A stretch of 64,000 nt of DNA. Source: a virus. Its lineage: Duplodnaviria > Caudoviricetes. The stretch spans positions 1-64,000 of IMG/VR virus record IMGVR_UViG_3300028886_000066; one strand, given 5' to 3'. The position numbers were made by a program, and so were the translations under genes. The notes beneath the pieces were generated by a model. The model was given only the letters and a program-made list of their open reading frames with translations, searched no databases and was not told the origin of the DNA. Below are positions 9,524 to 19,382 of the stretch, piece after piece (positions within the stretch are counted from its first letter, which is position 1; each line of letters opens with the position of its first letter).

Positions 9524-10004
9524 CAGTGCAATCGAGTAGAGGCGAGGGCAGACTTCAAGCAAAAAGGCTCTTAGGAGCACACAATAGAAACCCTGCGAAA
9601 GACCTCTACCTTTTGCGGGGTTTCACCATTTCATGATGTACCCTCTTACTACGAGGTTGAATCCGTACACTCCTCTTGGGAATTATCACCCCATATATAA
9701 AAGTGTTCTTACGATTTGCAGTCTATATCTGTTAGATGGGAAAGTGGGGGCTACGTCCGAAACCTGACGACCTCCGACATCACGACTGAAAAGTTGCGAA
9801 GTCTTTCAGATGAAGGTATAAAAAGCCAACCGAATACTGATGGAGATAGGTGATTGTGAAATCGGGCAAACATTTGAGTACCTTATTATAAGGTTGATAG
9901 CTTTGTTAAACTCAATGTTTGGTGCATTATCTGTCATTAGGCTGTACCTTATAGTTTATGATGGATATAAAGGTGAAGAAGTGTAATAAACAAAAAAAGA
10001 AAAA

Positions 10005-10808
10005 ATGAAAATTGACACTACATCGAAAATGGATTATGTAAGGCATAATTTCAAAACAGTGAAGACCAAACTGTTACATAAAAACAGTATGGCAGAGTGC
10101 CATTTTGAGGAACTTCTTAGAAAAACACCATATTATTATGTGCGTGAGAAAACCAATTTTAGATATAACACGCGCTGGTGCTATTATGATTTCTTCCTTC
10201 CTTTTTATAGGATATACGTAGAAATAGATGGGAGGAGCCATGATTCAAAAGAACAAAAGTTCATTGATGAAGAAAAAAGAGAAATTGTGAAAAGAAAACA
10301 GCGTTTTCTTGTTCGCTTAACAAATGAGGAGGTTTTGTCTATGAAAGATATTTCCATGTCGTATCTAATACACAAACTCTGTCTTCAGGAACATGAGCAC
10401 AGAAAGAATGAGCATATTAAAAAAGCATTTCTCCCTTATAACTATTATAAGAATCTATACAAAAACATAATTGATAGTATTACTGATTCAATAAAAGATA
10501 CATGTATAAAACTCCCGGAAAAAGAGGAAATCTTTATGTATGACAAGAGAATTGGTAAAATTTATAGGTTTGATAACTTATATATGCTGAGAATGTGCTT
10601 GCAGGTAAGGATAAAAGATGTAATATCTCGTGCGAGAGCTTCAGAAGAAGAGCAAATACGTAATTTGAATTATGTGTTTGGCAAATCGCAGGAAGAGTGT
10701 ATTTTGCGTGTTAAGAATGTTTTTGGATTGGAAATACAATATGAATCAAATATGCCATTTTCTTGTGATAGAAACGAAATTGAAGAAATTTGTTTGAAAA
10801 AACAATAA
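10005..10808 (+). CDS. DUF559/Vsr-like endonuclease (AT-rich insertion)
   Basis: YDFFLP...VEIDG.SH...D...R.TNEEV motif. Confidence 0.7.
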   Translation: MKIDTTSKMDYVRHNFKTVKTKLLHKNSMAECHFEELLRKTPYYYVREKTNFRYNTRWCYYDFFLPFYRIYVEIDGRSHDSKEQKFIDEEKREIVKRKQRFLVRLTNEEVLSMKDISMSYLIHKLCLQEHEHRKNEHIKKAFLPYNYYKNLYKNIIDSITDSIKDTCIKLPEKEEIFMYDKRIGKIYRFDNLYMLRMCLQVRIKDVISRARASEEEQIRNLNYVFGKSQEECILRVKNVFGLEIQYESNMPFSCDRNEIEEICLKKQ

Positions 10809-10837
10809 ACGTTGATATTTATATAAAGGATAGAATT

Positions 10838-11278
10838 ATGACAAACCGAGAGAAACTTGAGAAGTTGAAGGAGTGGTTGAAGGACAACGACATTCCTTTT
10901 GATGAGAACTACACGTCGAAGTCGAGGGGTGTGACCTTTGACCTCAGAGTAAAGAAACCGCTTATCGGTGTGTGCATCAGCAGTGAGCGTGACAAGGAGA
11001 TATTCGATAAGGTAAAGCGTGTGTATGCGCCCTTCTTCATCCGTGAGAGCGAGACTGCCGAGTTTGTTATCGAGAAGATGCAGAACTGTATTGTCAATAA
11101 GATGATGCAGGCTCAGCGTGAGTTGGAGAAGAAGAATAAGCGCGAGGATGGTAAGCGTATAGCCGAGGAGAACGAGCGCAGGCATCAGGCGAACTTGGCT
11201 AAGAAGGCTGCAGCCGAGAAAAAAGCCGAGACTCCAAAGCGCAAGCGTCAGCGTATTGTCAGATACGAAAGGGTATGA
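10838..11278 (+). CDS. Hypothetical protein
   Basis: ORF; probable start MTNREK. Confidence 0.7.
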   Translation: MTNREKLEKLKEWLKDNDIPFDENYTSKSRGVTFDLRVKKPLIGVCISSERDKEIFDKVKRVYAPFFIRESETAEFVIEKMQNCIVNKMMQAQRELEKKNKREDGKRIAEENERRHQANLAKKAAAEKKAETPKRKRQRIVRYERV

Positions 11279-11547
11279 AGGAAGAATTGCAGAACATCGT
11301 CTTGAACGAGATGAATAAAGGCTTCATAGTCTATCGGACTATCGAGGGATTGTGCAAGCAGGAGGTGACTGAATTTGTTAAGCAGCCGATTGAAGGTCAG
11401 CTGTACGACATCAACCGCGACATGGCTACCTGCCTCGCGTTCATCGACGAACCGATGGGAGTGAACAACTTTGCGTCTATGGTACTGCTGAGGTACTATT
11501 ACGACAAGTGCAAGGAACTTGAAGAGAAACTAAAGAGTTATGAGTAA
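11275..11547 (+). CDS. Hypothetical protein
   Basis: 90-aa ORF with overlapping start/stop. Confidence 0.7.
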   Translation: MKEELQNIVLNEMNKGFIVYRTIEGLCKQEVTEFVKQPIEGQLYDINRDMATCLAFIDEPMGVNNFASMVLLRYYYDKCKELEEKLKSYE

Positions 11548-11890
11548 CCAGAGAGATTTTACATCGGCAAGGGCTAAGGAGGCTCTATTGCCTGACAAGG
11601 AAGATAAATGCTGCGGCGAGTGCTGCTGGTTCTATGCAGAGGACACCTACGGATTTGGCTGCTGCCCGTTTAAGTTTGCCGACGTGCGACAGTGCGACCA
11701 ACACTGCGAGGCGGGCGTGCACTTCGTCAGCAAGAAGCAGATGCGGCACTACATGGCGGTACTCCTGCAGGCCAACCGCTACAGGAGAGACCAGAACGTG
11801 CCAGCGATATACATGATGCCAAGGCCGACGGAACTTGGCAAGGCTATCGACTTTGCCGTGAAATACATGAAGATATTCAGTGAGCTTTAG
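11540..11890 (+). CDS. Cys-rich hypothetical protein
   Basis: 116-aa ORF containing CCGECCWF. Confidence 0.7.
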   Translation: MSNQRDFTSARAKEALLPDKEDKCCGECCWFYAEDTYGFGCCPFKFADVRQCDQHCEAGVHFVSKKQMRHYMAVLLQANRYRRDQNVPAIYMMPRPTELGKAIDFAVKYMKIFSEL

Positions 11891-11905
11891 GATGATGGCA
11901 GGACG

Positions 11906-13084
11906 TTATTTCACTGCCATTTCTTTCATCTCATCAACGACGGTCTTGCGAAGTATAGAGGCGTAGACCTGCTCCGTAATCCTTATCGACGAGTGCCCAA
12001 GGATCTTTGCTACGGTTTCGATGCGTACCCCTTTATTGAGCAGCATCATCCCGGCGGTATGGCGAGACCAATGGGTTGTTAGCGGCTTGTTTATCCCTGC
12101 TTCCTTTGCCAAGGTCTTCAGTCTGGTATTGAACTGCTGGTTGCTGTACTTTGGCAGTCGGAAGTCGTATTTTTCAAGAATCTCTTTTGCCTTTGGAAGG
12201 ATAAGCACGACGTATTCCTGACCTGTCTTAATTCGCTTACCAGACAGTATCATATCGTCACCGTTCTTCTCTATCTTCTCAGGTGAGAAGTCCATGAGGT
12301 CGGAGAATGCAAGTCCGCTGTAGCAGCAGAATATAAATAGGTCGCGCACGCGCACAAGAGAACCGCTACTGAGTTCAGCCTTCTCAATCTTCGATACCTC
12401 GTCAAGAGTGAGCCACCTCTGAGTCAGCGTCTCGCCACGCTTGACCTTAACGCCGATGGACGGATCGTGCTCTATCCTGTCGTGCGCAATGGCATCGTGG
12501 ATATAGACGCGCAACAGCTTCATGTAGCCAGCTATCGTCTGTTGAGACATCTTGGATGCGTATTCCTTGCCGTCTGGACCTATCTTTGTTATCGTCCTGC
12601 CAAGCAGCCAGTCATAGTAGCCTGCAATGTTCGGTCTCGTCAGCTGCTCCCACGTTGTTATCCTGCCGTATTCCTCCAGCGAGGATAACAGTTTGGCGTG
12701 TGCCTTGCGCGTTGATTCTCTGATGTCGTTGCGCTCCGAGATACGCTGGGCTACATAGTCGATGAACGTCTGCTTCTTCTCGTCAGCGAGTTTCAGGAAG
12801 AGTTCAAGACCTTCCCATGAGAACGGTTTCCCGTTCTTGATTAGAGCGTTCAGGTAGCCGTCTATCGCCCCCTTGACGGCATCCATGCGTTCGTTCATTG
12901 CTGGTGCATCGTCACGCCTGCAGGCATGCTGCTTGTCGCTCCACTGGTCTTTGTATAGCCTTACGCCTGTGCTGACGTACTTCTTCTTCCTCTCATGGAG
13001 GATTTCAACCTGGACGAGCGCGTCCTTCGTCTTTGTCGCTGTCTTCTTTCGGTCGAAGACGAACCTTGTCGTTGGGTACTTCAT
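11906..13084 (-). CDS. int: Integrase (tyrosine recombinase with Arm-DNA-binding and SAM-like domains)
   Basis: RDLFIF.CYSGLAFSD, KT, H.SRHT, LGHSSI..T..Y; probable start MKYPTTRFVFDRK. Confidence 0.92.
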   Translation of the reverse strand: MKYPTTRFVFDRKKTATKTKDALVQVEILHERKKKYVSTGVRLYKDQWSDKQHACRRDDAPAMNERMDAVKGAIDGYLNALIKNGKPFSWEGLELFLKLADEKKQTFIDYVAQRISERNDIRESTRKAHAKLLSSLEEYGRITTWEQLTRPNIAGYYDWLLGRTITKIGPDGKEYASKMSQQTIAGYMKLLRVYIHDAIAHDRIEHDPSIGVKVKRGETLTQRWLTLDEVSKIEKAELSSGSLVRVRDLFIFCCYSGLAFSDLMDFSPEKIEKNGDDMILSGKRIKTGQEYVVLILPKAKEILEKYDFRLPKYSNQQFNTRLKTLAKEAGINKPLTTHWSRHTAGMMLLNKGVRIETVAKILGHSSIRITEQVYASILRKTVVDEMKEMAVK

Positions 13085-13141
13085 AGTTGTTTTGTTTTTG
13101 GCCATCGGGTCACTTTCATCATTGTAGGTCGAGGGTGAAGG

Positions 13142-13434
13142 TTCTACGTGTTTTTGATGTACGGTAGAAAAGGGCGGTAGAACACGGTAGAACAAAACGT
13201 ATAAATAACGGCAAAAAACCGTAAATATTGACAGATTTGGGTTCTACTGATTTTGTACTTGCTAACCTTCATTTCCTGTAAGTGATTGATTTTCAGACGA
13301 AAAAGGGAGGTCTTTGGAACCTCCCTCAGTGATTCCGTTGGTTTTGTTTGTGGAACTTGAATTATTTGCATATATTGTTGATTATCAGACTTGTATGTCG
13401 TGGTTCATTTTCATTCGGTAGAATTGTGGTAGAA
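13142..13434. other. attP: core gtgattccgttgg (13329-13341) flanked by CGGTAGAA arm-type repeats
   Basis: (C/T)GGTAGAA at 13162, 13175, 13185, 13416, 13427; core resembles the reverse complement of a Bacteroidales tRNA-Arg 3' end; terminator-like hairpin at ~13300-13327. Confidence 0.7.
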
Positions 13435-13435
13435 A

Positions 13436-14125
13436 TCAGAACTTCTTCATGCTGCCCATGACTTGGAAGACGTGCGTGATGTCTTTCTTGTCGATGACCT
13501 GCTCTGGGAATTCCTTGTTGTCTGGTACGAGAGTGAGCGTCTGGCCATTGTCCTTGACTCGCTTGATTGTCCTCAGTCCGTTTACTGTGCAGATGGCGTA
13601 AATCTCTCCGCTGATAAGGAATCTAAAATCCTCGATTCTGCGCAGGGCGATGATGTCACCACTCGATATGGTTGGCGACATAGAGTTGCCGCGTGCGTCG
13701 CACCATGCGTCACAGTGGTTGTACGGCAGGAAGTTTATCATGTATGACGGCGTGTCGGTTTGGTCGTTGACCATCAAGTCGAAGCCCAGCTCAAAGTCTA
13801 CATTAAAATAAGGTACGCCTACGTGTGCATCGTAAGAACGTGTAGGCTTGTCGTTCATGTCTTTTTCTGCCTGCTGCTTGAGTTCATCGGGTGCTTTCAT
13901 CATCTCTCCTTCGCCAGTGAGTAGCCATCCCTTCCTTACGTTAAGGCTATCTGATATTCTGTTTACATCGTTTATAGTCCAAGGGCTAATAGCCTTTGTT
14001 TTCTTGTCAAAGCCTGAAGGGTCAACGCCCACCAACAATGCGAATTTTCTATTTGTATTTCCTGACTCCCTAATGAGTAATTCCACCCTTGCAGACATTC
14101 CTTTTTGATTGATTACTATTGCCAT
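13436..14125 (-). CDS. cI: CI-like repressor (HTH plus S24 peptidase)
   Basis: WLLTGEGEM, GNSMSPTI.SGDII, TIKRV motifs. Confidence 0.9.
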   Translation of the reverse strand: MAIVINQKGMSARVELLIRESGNTNRKFALLVGVDPSGFDKKTKAISPWTINDVNRISDSLNVRKGWLLTGEGEMMKAPDELKQQAEKDMNDKPTRSYDAHVGVPYFNVDFELGFDLMVNDQTDTPSYMINFLPYNHCDAWCDARGNSMSPTISSGDIIALRRIEDFRFLISGEIYAICTVNGLRTIKRVKDNGQTLTLVPDNKEFPEQVIDKKDITHVFQVMGSMKKF

Positions 14126-14181
14126 AATCTCTAAACATCTTTAAATTTCCGTTAATATCTTATAAATTATACATCAAATTT

Positions 14182-14222
14182 ATGGAATAATTTGGAAGTT
14201 TCCATATAATTCCATACTTTTG
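14182..14222 (+). promoter_or_regulatory. Lytic promoter (-7 TACTTTTG, 14215-14222) overlapped by TGGAA/TTCCA inverted half-sites (likely operators)
   Basis: tatggaataatttggaagtttccatataattccatacttttg between divergent cI and cro-like genes. Confidence 0.6.
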
Positions 14223-14390
14223 CAGTCGTGTTAGTAAAACAACACACCACAAGAAAGTAGCACCCGCGGTCTTAGTAAAACCGCAGATTGAGATTGACGA
14301 GACAAATATACGGATAAAAACTGAGAAAATCCGCGGTTTTGCTCTTTCTTTAATAGAAATTTAAGTAAAATAATAGAATTAAACATTTCT

Positions 14391-14624
14391 ATGAAAGCTG
14401 AAAAGGTAAGTACACAGGACATTAAAAACTTGGCCTCTGGCGTGTTAGAGGTCACGCTCCCAGATTATGGGGCTTGCGAAACTGCCAAGAACCTTGTTAC
14501 AAGAGTTAAGTCACGCTATCCAGATGAGAATGGCATGACCTTTACCACAAGCACGGACAAGGCTACGAACACCATAACGATTGGCTATGTAAAGCCTGAA
14601 GACGTAAATAGGAAGAAGAACTAA
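14391..14624 (+). CDS. Small protein in the Cro position
   Basis: 77-aa ORF divergent from cI. Confidence 0.6.
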   Translation: MKAEKVSTQDIKNLASGVLEVTLPDYGACETAKNLVTRVKSRYPDENGMTFTTSTDKATNTITIGYVKPEDVNRKKN

Positions 14625-14637
14625 GAATCCGTTAGCG

Positions 14638-15297
14638 ATGAAGACGAACAATATCATGTTGCGACCAATGGGGCAGTTCAATGTTGAGCAACGTACCAAA
14701 GACGGTATGTTCAACGCAACTCAGCTTCTTCGCCAGTGGAATGATGCCAATGGTGAGAAGAAGGAGGTGACTAAGTTCTTTGAGAATGAAAACACCAAAG
14801 AGTTTATAAGTGCCTTAATATCAGAGGAAAAGTTAGATACGCAAAATTCTGCGTATGTAAAATCTAAGGCGCGTTTAGACCGTGGTGGTGGTACTTGGAT
14901 GCACCCCATCCTCTTTATTAAGTTTGCCATGTGGCTGAATCCACGATTTGAGGTTCAGGTTATTAAGTTCGTTTACGACCAGATGATAAAGTATCGCAAT
15001 GATGCTGGTGATGCTTACCGTGATCTGGCTAACTCAGTGAGTAAGATTGTCGGTAAGGAGTTTATGGCTCCTGCAATGTCGAACATTTCCAAAGGTATGA
15101 ATTATACCGTATTTGGTGAGCATTACCCTGCCGTAAGGAACGACAAGGGTACTGAGGAATTACAGCGTGACTTATTTGAACTGGAGAGAAAGATTTCTGA
15201 GCTAATAAATGATGGATTCCTGAAGAATTATGACGAGGTTATCAACTATCTCCGCAAGAAGTATCGCGAAAGGCATACACCATCTTTGCTGAAATAA
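14638..15297 (+). CDS. KilA-N domain protein (antirepressor-like)
   Basis: QRTKDGMFNAT.LL, GTWMHP.LF.KFAMWL.P.FE motifs. Confidence 0.9.
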   Translation: MKTNNIMLRPMGQFNVEQRTKDGMFNATQLLRQWNDANGEKKEVTKFFENENTKEFISALISEEKLDTQNSAYVKSKARLDRGGGTWMHPILFIKFAMWLNPRFEVQVIKFVYDQMIKYRNDAGDAYRDLANSVSKIVGKEFMAPAMSNISKGMNYTVFGEHYPAVRNDKGTEELQRDLFELERKISELINDGFLKNYDEVINYLRKKYRERHTPSLLK

Positions 15298-15355
15298 TTG
15301 ACTTTGTTTGAGAGAGAAATTATACTACCGAACAACGATTAAATATTTGTGAAAT

Positions 15356-15856
15356 ATGAATCCTAAACAAGAAGAAATATACGTTAATGTGCGTGATGAT
15401 AATCCTGTTGTCATAGAAGTAAAAGGACACAAGTTTGAAATGCACTGGTTAAAAAGAGGACAGTGGAAGAAGATGCTTGAATTGACTTGTAAATCTGGTA
15501 ATGATACTATGTCATTATGTAAGTGGTTTGCTATGCGTCTGTGTTATACATTTTGGCAGATGAAAATCTACTATCCGATTCTGTGGCGTTATCTCTATTA
15601 CGTTTTAGGAATAAACGAAAACGATAGGAGTTTTTTGGTAGATATTGCTTACAAGATGGTAAGATTGCCAGCCGAATTGCGTGGTGATGCGATTATAGAA
15701 GATGAAGCTTATAATACGCATAAATGGTTGTTCCTGCCAAAGAAATTTTTGTTTGGGCTTATAACTGTTTCTAACTGGGATTTAAATTGGGGATTTACGC
15801 AGGCGCAAATTGATTTATTGTTGCTTGATAATCCACTTATTTTATATAAAAAATGA
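15356..15856 (+). CDS. AT-rich protein resembling a fused Bacteroidota phage tail assembly chaperone (G+T)
   Basis: WL.RG..KK, LWRYLYYV and FLFGLI.V..W...WG.T.AQI.L...D.P...YK recalled from tail chaperones; unverified. Confidence 0.45.
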   Translation: MNPKQEEIYVNVRDDNPVVIEVKGHKFEMHWLKRGQWKKMLELTCKSGNDTMSLCKWFAMRLCYTFWQMKIYYPILWRYLYYVLGINENDRSFLVDIAYKMVRLPAELRGDAIIEDEAYNTHKWLFLPKKFLFGLITVSNWDLNWGFTQAQIDLLLLDNPLILYKK

Positions 15857-16131
15857 CCGACTACGAGTGCAAAAAAATCGCCAAGTATCAGGCAGAGTAT
15901 CTTGTCGAAGCCTTGAAGAAGGATGACGAGCTGCTTGACGTCGTGTTCCCGCCGAAGTATCTTGATATTCAGCAGGCATCGGAACTGACTGGCATTCCCG
16001 TGAACACTCTCTATCAGAAGAGCAGCGAGATTCCGCATGAGAAGGTTGGTAAGAGGCTCATCTTCACTGACCGAGGCCTTGCCAGATGGATAAGGCGTAA
16101 GAAGAAGAAAGATGAAGATGAGGATAAGTGA
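15853..16131 (+). CDS. Excisionase-like HTH protein
   Basis: LDIQQASELTGIPVNTLY...IPH.K.GKRLIF. Confidence 0.75.
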   Translation: MTDYECKKIAKYQAEYLVEALKKDDELLDVVFPPKYLDIQQASELTGIPVNTLYQKSSEIPHEKVGKRLIFTDRGLARWIRRKKKKDEDEDK

Positions 16132-16189
16132 TGTGACATTACATGAGTTAATGTGACACTCACACAGGCGTTGTTTGACATTTTGATAC

Positions 16190-16670
16190 AAAGGACATAA
16201 AAAGTCCTGCCCGAAGCGGTGATAGGCAGCGGAGCGACTAACAATCATTTAACCCCGTTGCTGAACTACGTTAGGCAGGCCACGGCGTTAGCCATGACGC
16301 ATGTAAGACCCTCATCAGGAGGGCGCGAGCGGCTATCAGCCATTTGGACGGCCTCAGGCTGTCAATAGAAAGGTGAATGACCATCTTCGCTAACAGTCCA
16401 TGAGCGAATAGGAGAGGAAGGATCATAGTCGGGGTTGGGCTACCGACAGCGGATGGTCAGACTATATATAGCCAGCAGGCGGCGAGGGTTGTCTGCTTGG
16501 CGCGAGTTTTTTTTGTTATAGTAATAGGTTGTTTGATAAATCATTTTTTTTTAACAGTCTTAATTATTGGATTTATATCTCCTGCTGGTGCGTGATGTAT
16601 ATTGCAGGGGGAAAGAATTTAATATGGTAAGTGATTGGACATCGTTGGTGCGTGAGCATAGGCGATGTTA
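16190..16670 (+). ncRNA. Candidate structured non-coding RNA(s)
   Basis: ~570-bp gap without a convincing ORF inside an operon; multiple GC-rich stems and GUGA-loop hairpins. Confidence 0.35.
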
Positions 16671-16702
16671 AACTTTTGTCATAGAGTGTTTTTCCGTCAA
16701 GT

Positions 16703-16903
16703 ATGACTGGCACGGAACGAGATAGAGAAAAAATAAACTATATGAAGGAAAAGATGAAACGATGGTTGGCGGGGCATCCTGACGCTACGGCTGAGGAGGC
16801 TTTCGTTGCCGGGTGGATGCTATGCACTGAGGCGTGGTGTCACGGGAAACGTGAGAAGATGGAAAAGGTGTGTGAACTAATAAAAGAGATAATCGGCGAA
16901 TGA
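16703..16903 (+). CDS. Hypothetical protein
   Basis: 66-aa ORF overlapping the next start. Confidence 0.55.
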   Translation: MTGTERDREKINYMKEKMKRWLAGHPDATAEEAFVAGWMLCTEAWCHGKREKMEKVCELIKEIIGE

Positions 16904-17370
16904 GATTCGGAGGCTGGGGCGCGAAAAGCGGGAACAAATTCGGCGCGAGGAAATCGGTTTACAAGGGAATAGAATTTGACTCCACCGTCGAACGTCAAAG
17001 ATACATGTATCTGGAATGCCAGGAGCAGAAAGGGGAGATAAGTTGCCTTCGCCGTCAGGTTCGTTTTCTGATTATTCCCAAGCTGACGCGAATGGTGGCG
17101 AAGCAGTTGAAGACAAAGGTCCGCTATGACGAGCGTGTTGTTGAACTGCCAGCCTATTATACGAGCGACTTCTGTTACATCGAGAATGGTGTGTATGTGA
17201 TGGAAGACGTGAAGAACGGATATTCTCAGGAGATACGCGACTACCCACTGAGACGCAAGCTGATGATGCAGAAAATCAAGGCTCACAACATGAAAGGCCG
17301 TGGGCAGTGGATTTTCCGGGAGTCGGTTCTTAAAGGGAAGGGTCTTGTTATTAAGGATTTGAAGACTTAG
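16900..17370 (+). CDS. DUF1064 family endonuclease
   Basis: NKFGA.K...GIEFDS..E..RY, Y.SDF.Y...EDVK. Confidence 0.85.
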   Translation: MRFGGWGAKSGNKFGARKSVYKGIEFDSTVERQRYMYLECQEQKGEISCLRRQVRFLIIPKLTRMVAKQLKTKVRYDERVVELPAYYTSDFCYIENGVYVMEDVKNGYSQEIRDYPLRRKLMMQKIKAHNMKGRGQWIFRESVLKGKGLVIKDLKT

Positions 17371-17415
17371 TCCCGTCAAGTATGACGGGCACGGAACCAT
17401 TAAAGGATATTTATT

Positions 17416-18024
17416 ATGGCAGAGAAGAAAGAGACAAAGACAAAGAGTGTGTTTGAAACGCTAAACTCAATAGATGTTTCAGAGTACACCGAGAAAAAAG
17501 GAAACTTGACCTATCTTTCCTGGGCATGGGCTTGGGCTAAGGTTAAGGAGAACTACCCTGATGCGACTTATAAGATTTACGAGAACGCTCAGGGGTTAAT
17601 CTATCACACCGACGGTAAGACGTGCTGGGTGAAGACGAGTGTTACTATAGATGGTATTGAGAACACTGAGTACCTTCCTGTAATGGATAACAGGAATAAC
17701 TCCATTCCTCTTGCCAATATCACTTCGCGTAACGTCAATGACAGCATCCAGCGCAGCCTGACGAAGGCTTGCGCAAGGCATGGTCTTGGGCTTTACATCT
17801 ATGCAGGCGAAGACTTGCCAGAGGTTGTTACTAACGAGAAAAAACAGCAGCAGGCACAGCAAGTGCAGGTGGCGGTCAGTGAGGCTCAGTATAAGGCAGA
17901 GATTGCGGCTTGTGCGAGCATGGATGCTCTGATGGCGGTGTGGCAGAAGTACCCGCAGATGCAGCAGGATAAGGGATTTCGTGATGCGTGGGCGGCTCGT
18001 AGGGGACAAGTAGAGAAGAAGTAG
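17416..18024 (+). CDS. Single-strand annealing protein (DUF1071/Sak3-like)
   Basis: YLSWAWAW, LPVMD.RN, QR.LTKA.ARHGLGLYIYAGEDLP. Confidence 0.88.
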   Translation: MAEKKETKTKSVFETLNSIDVSEYTEKKGNLTYLSWAWAWAKVKENYPDATYKIYENAQGLIYHTDGKTCWVKTSVTIDGIENTEYLPVMDNRNNSIPLANITSRNVNDSIQRSLTKACARHGLGLYIYAGEDLPEVVTNEKKQQQAQQVQVAVSEAQYKAEIAACASMDALMAVWQKYPQMQQDKGFRDAWAARRGQVEKK

Positions 18025-18027
18025 ATT

Positions 18028-18951
18028 ATGAAGATACCTGAATTGAAAGATAGCGGTGTGGTGTTCAATGAGAACGACCATACCTATTTCCTTGGCGACA
18101 AGCAGTTGAAGGGGATTACATCGACGTTGGTTCATCGGGTGTTCCCGCATGACTACGACGGCGTGTCGCAGGAGAAGCTTGACGAGCGTGCTGAGTACGG
18201 CCATAAGGTACACGACATGCTGGAGTTCTGTGTTACTAACGGTTTGGACTCCGACATGGCCGAATGGCAGATGTTCAAGCAGATAGTTGATGAGCACAGG
18301 CTGAGCATCATCCACTGTGAGTACATCGTGACGGACTTCGAGCACTATGCGTCGCCGATAGACCTTGTGATGCAGGACGCTGACGGCAGGATAGTACTTG
18401 TGGATCTGAAGACGAACTACTCGCCACCCGTTGCCAAGGGAACTGTTCAGCTGTCGTGGTACAAGCGTCAGTTTGAGAGGATGAACCCTGAGTTAAAGGT
18501 GCATGAGTGTGCCGTCCTTTGGGTGCGTGACGATGTCAAGCGCGGACACCTGAGCGGTTATTATCCTATCACTCCGTGGGCAGACGAGGCTCTTGACCTG
18601 CTGATAGACAGTGACCAGAAGGACTTGCCGTTTGACATTCAGCAGACCTATGGTACGCTGCCACAGAAGTTTGCCGAGGTGGAGGCTGAGGTTGCCCGTC
18701 TGGAACTGGCGGTCAAGGTGGCCCAGGAGCGTCAGAAGGAGCTGAAGCAGGGTTTGTATGACCTGATGACCGAGCATGACCTCAAGTCGTGGACAGGCAG
18801 CAGGGTAAGACTTACGCGGGTGTTGCCGACGAAGAAGACTACGTTTGACAGCAAGACATTCAAGGCAGAGCATCCCGACCTGTTTGCGCAATACTCCAAG
18901 GAGAGCACGGCGGCTGGGAGTCTGAGGATAACGTTGGTGGACGGCGTATGA
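18028..18951 (+). CDS. PD-(D/E)XK exonuclease (SSAP partner)
   Basis: H.Y....ITS, G..VH, IDL...VDLKT, QLS.Y. Confidence 0.8.
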   Translation: MKIPELKDSGVVFNENDHTYFLGDKQLKGITSTLVHRVFPHDYDGVSQEKLDERAEYGHKVHDMLEFCVTNGLDSDMAEWQMFKQIVDEHRLSIIHCEYIVTDFEHYASPIDLVMQDADGRIVLVDLKTNYSPPVAKGTVQLSWYKRQFERMNPELKVHECAVLWVRDDVKRGHLSGYYPITPWADEALDLLIDSDQKDLPFDIQQTYGTLPQKFAEVEAEVARLELAVKVAQERQKELKQGLYDLMTEHDLKSWTGSRVRLTRVLPTKKTTFDSKTFKAEHPDLFAQYSKESTAAGSLRITLVDGV

Positions 18952-19382
18952 AGCTAAGGGTAGTGAACACGGCGACGGGGCTTGTACCTGAGACGGATTC
19001 GGATGCCGAGTTGAAGCGCAGGATGAAGATAGGCGCAACGTATGAGGTGACGGTCAAGGAGGTGAGGAATCCGAAGTTCCATCGCTTGTTTTTCGCACTT
19101 CTTAATTGTAGTTGGGAGTTTCTGACTGAGGAGCAGCAGCGGTTCTTCCATGACAGCAAGGAGAAGTTCAGGGAGGCGTTGCTGTTGGCAACGGGCTACT
19201 CCGAGACTTTCTACGACATCAGGCGAAAGGCTTGGCTGGAGAAACCTCGGTCGATAGCATTTGACAAGATGACGGAGGCCGACTTCGAGGATTTCTATTC
19301 GCGGTCGAAAGATTGCATTTTCAACTTCTTCATCCCAGAGGTGAAGCGGGATGAGTTCGAGCAACAACTTAGATATTTTTAG
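18948..19382 (+). CDS. DUF1367 family protein
   Basis: RNPKFHRLFFALL, SIAFDKM....F. Confidence 0.8.
   Translation: MKLRVVNTATGLVPETDSDAELKRRMKIGATYEVTVKEVRNPKFHRLFFALLNCSWEFLTEEQQRFFHDSKEKFREALLLATGYSETFYDIRRKAWLEKPRSIAFDKMTEADFEDFYSRSKDCIFNFFIPEVKRDEFEQQLRYF

Noticed and set aside
16263-16275. HEARO/omegaRNA-like ACTACGTT
   Set aside because: Only an 8-nt match and no IscB/TnpB gene nearby
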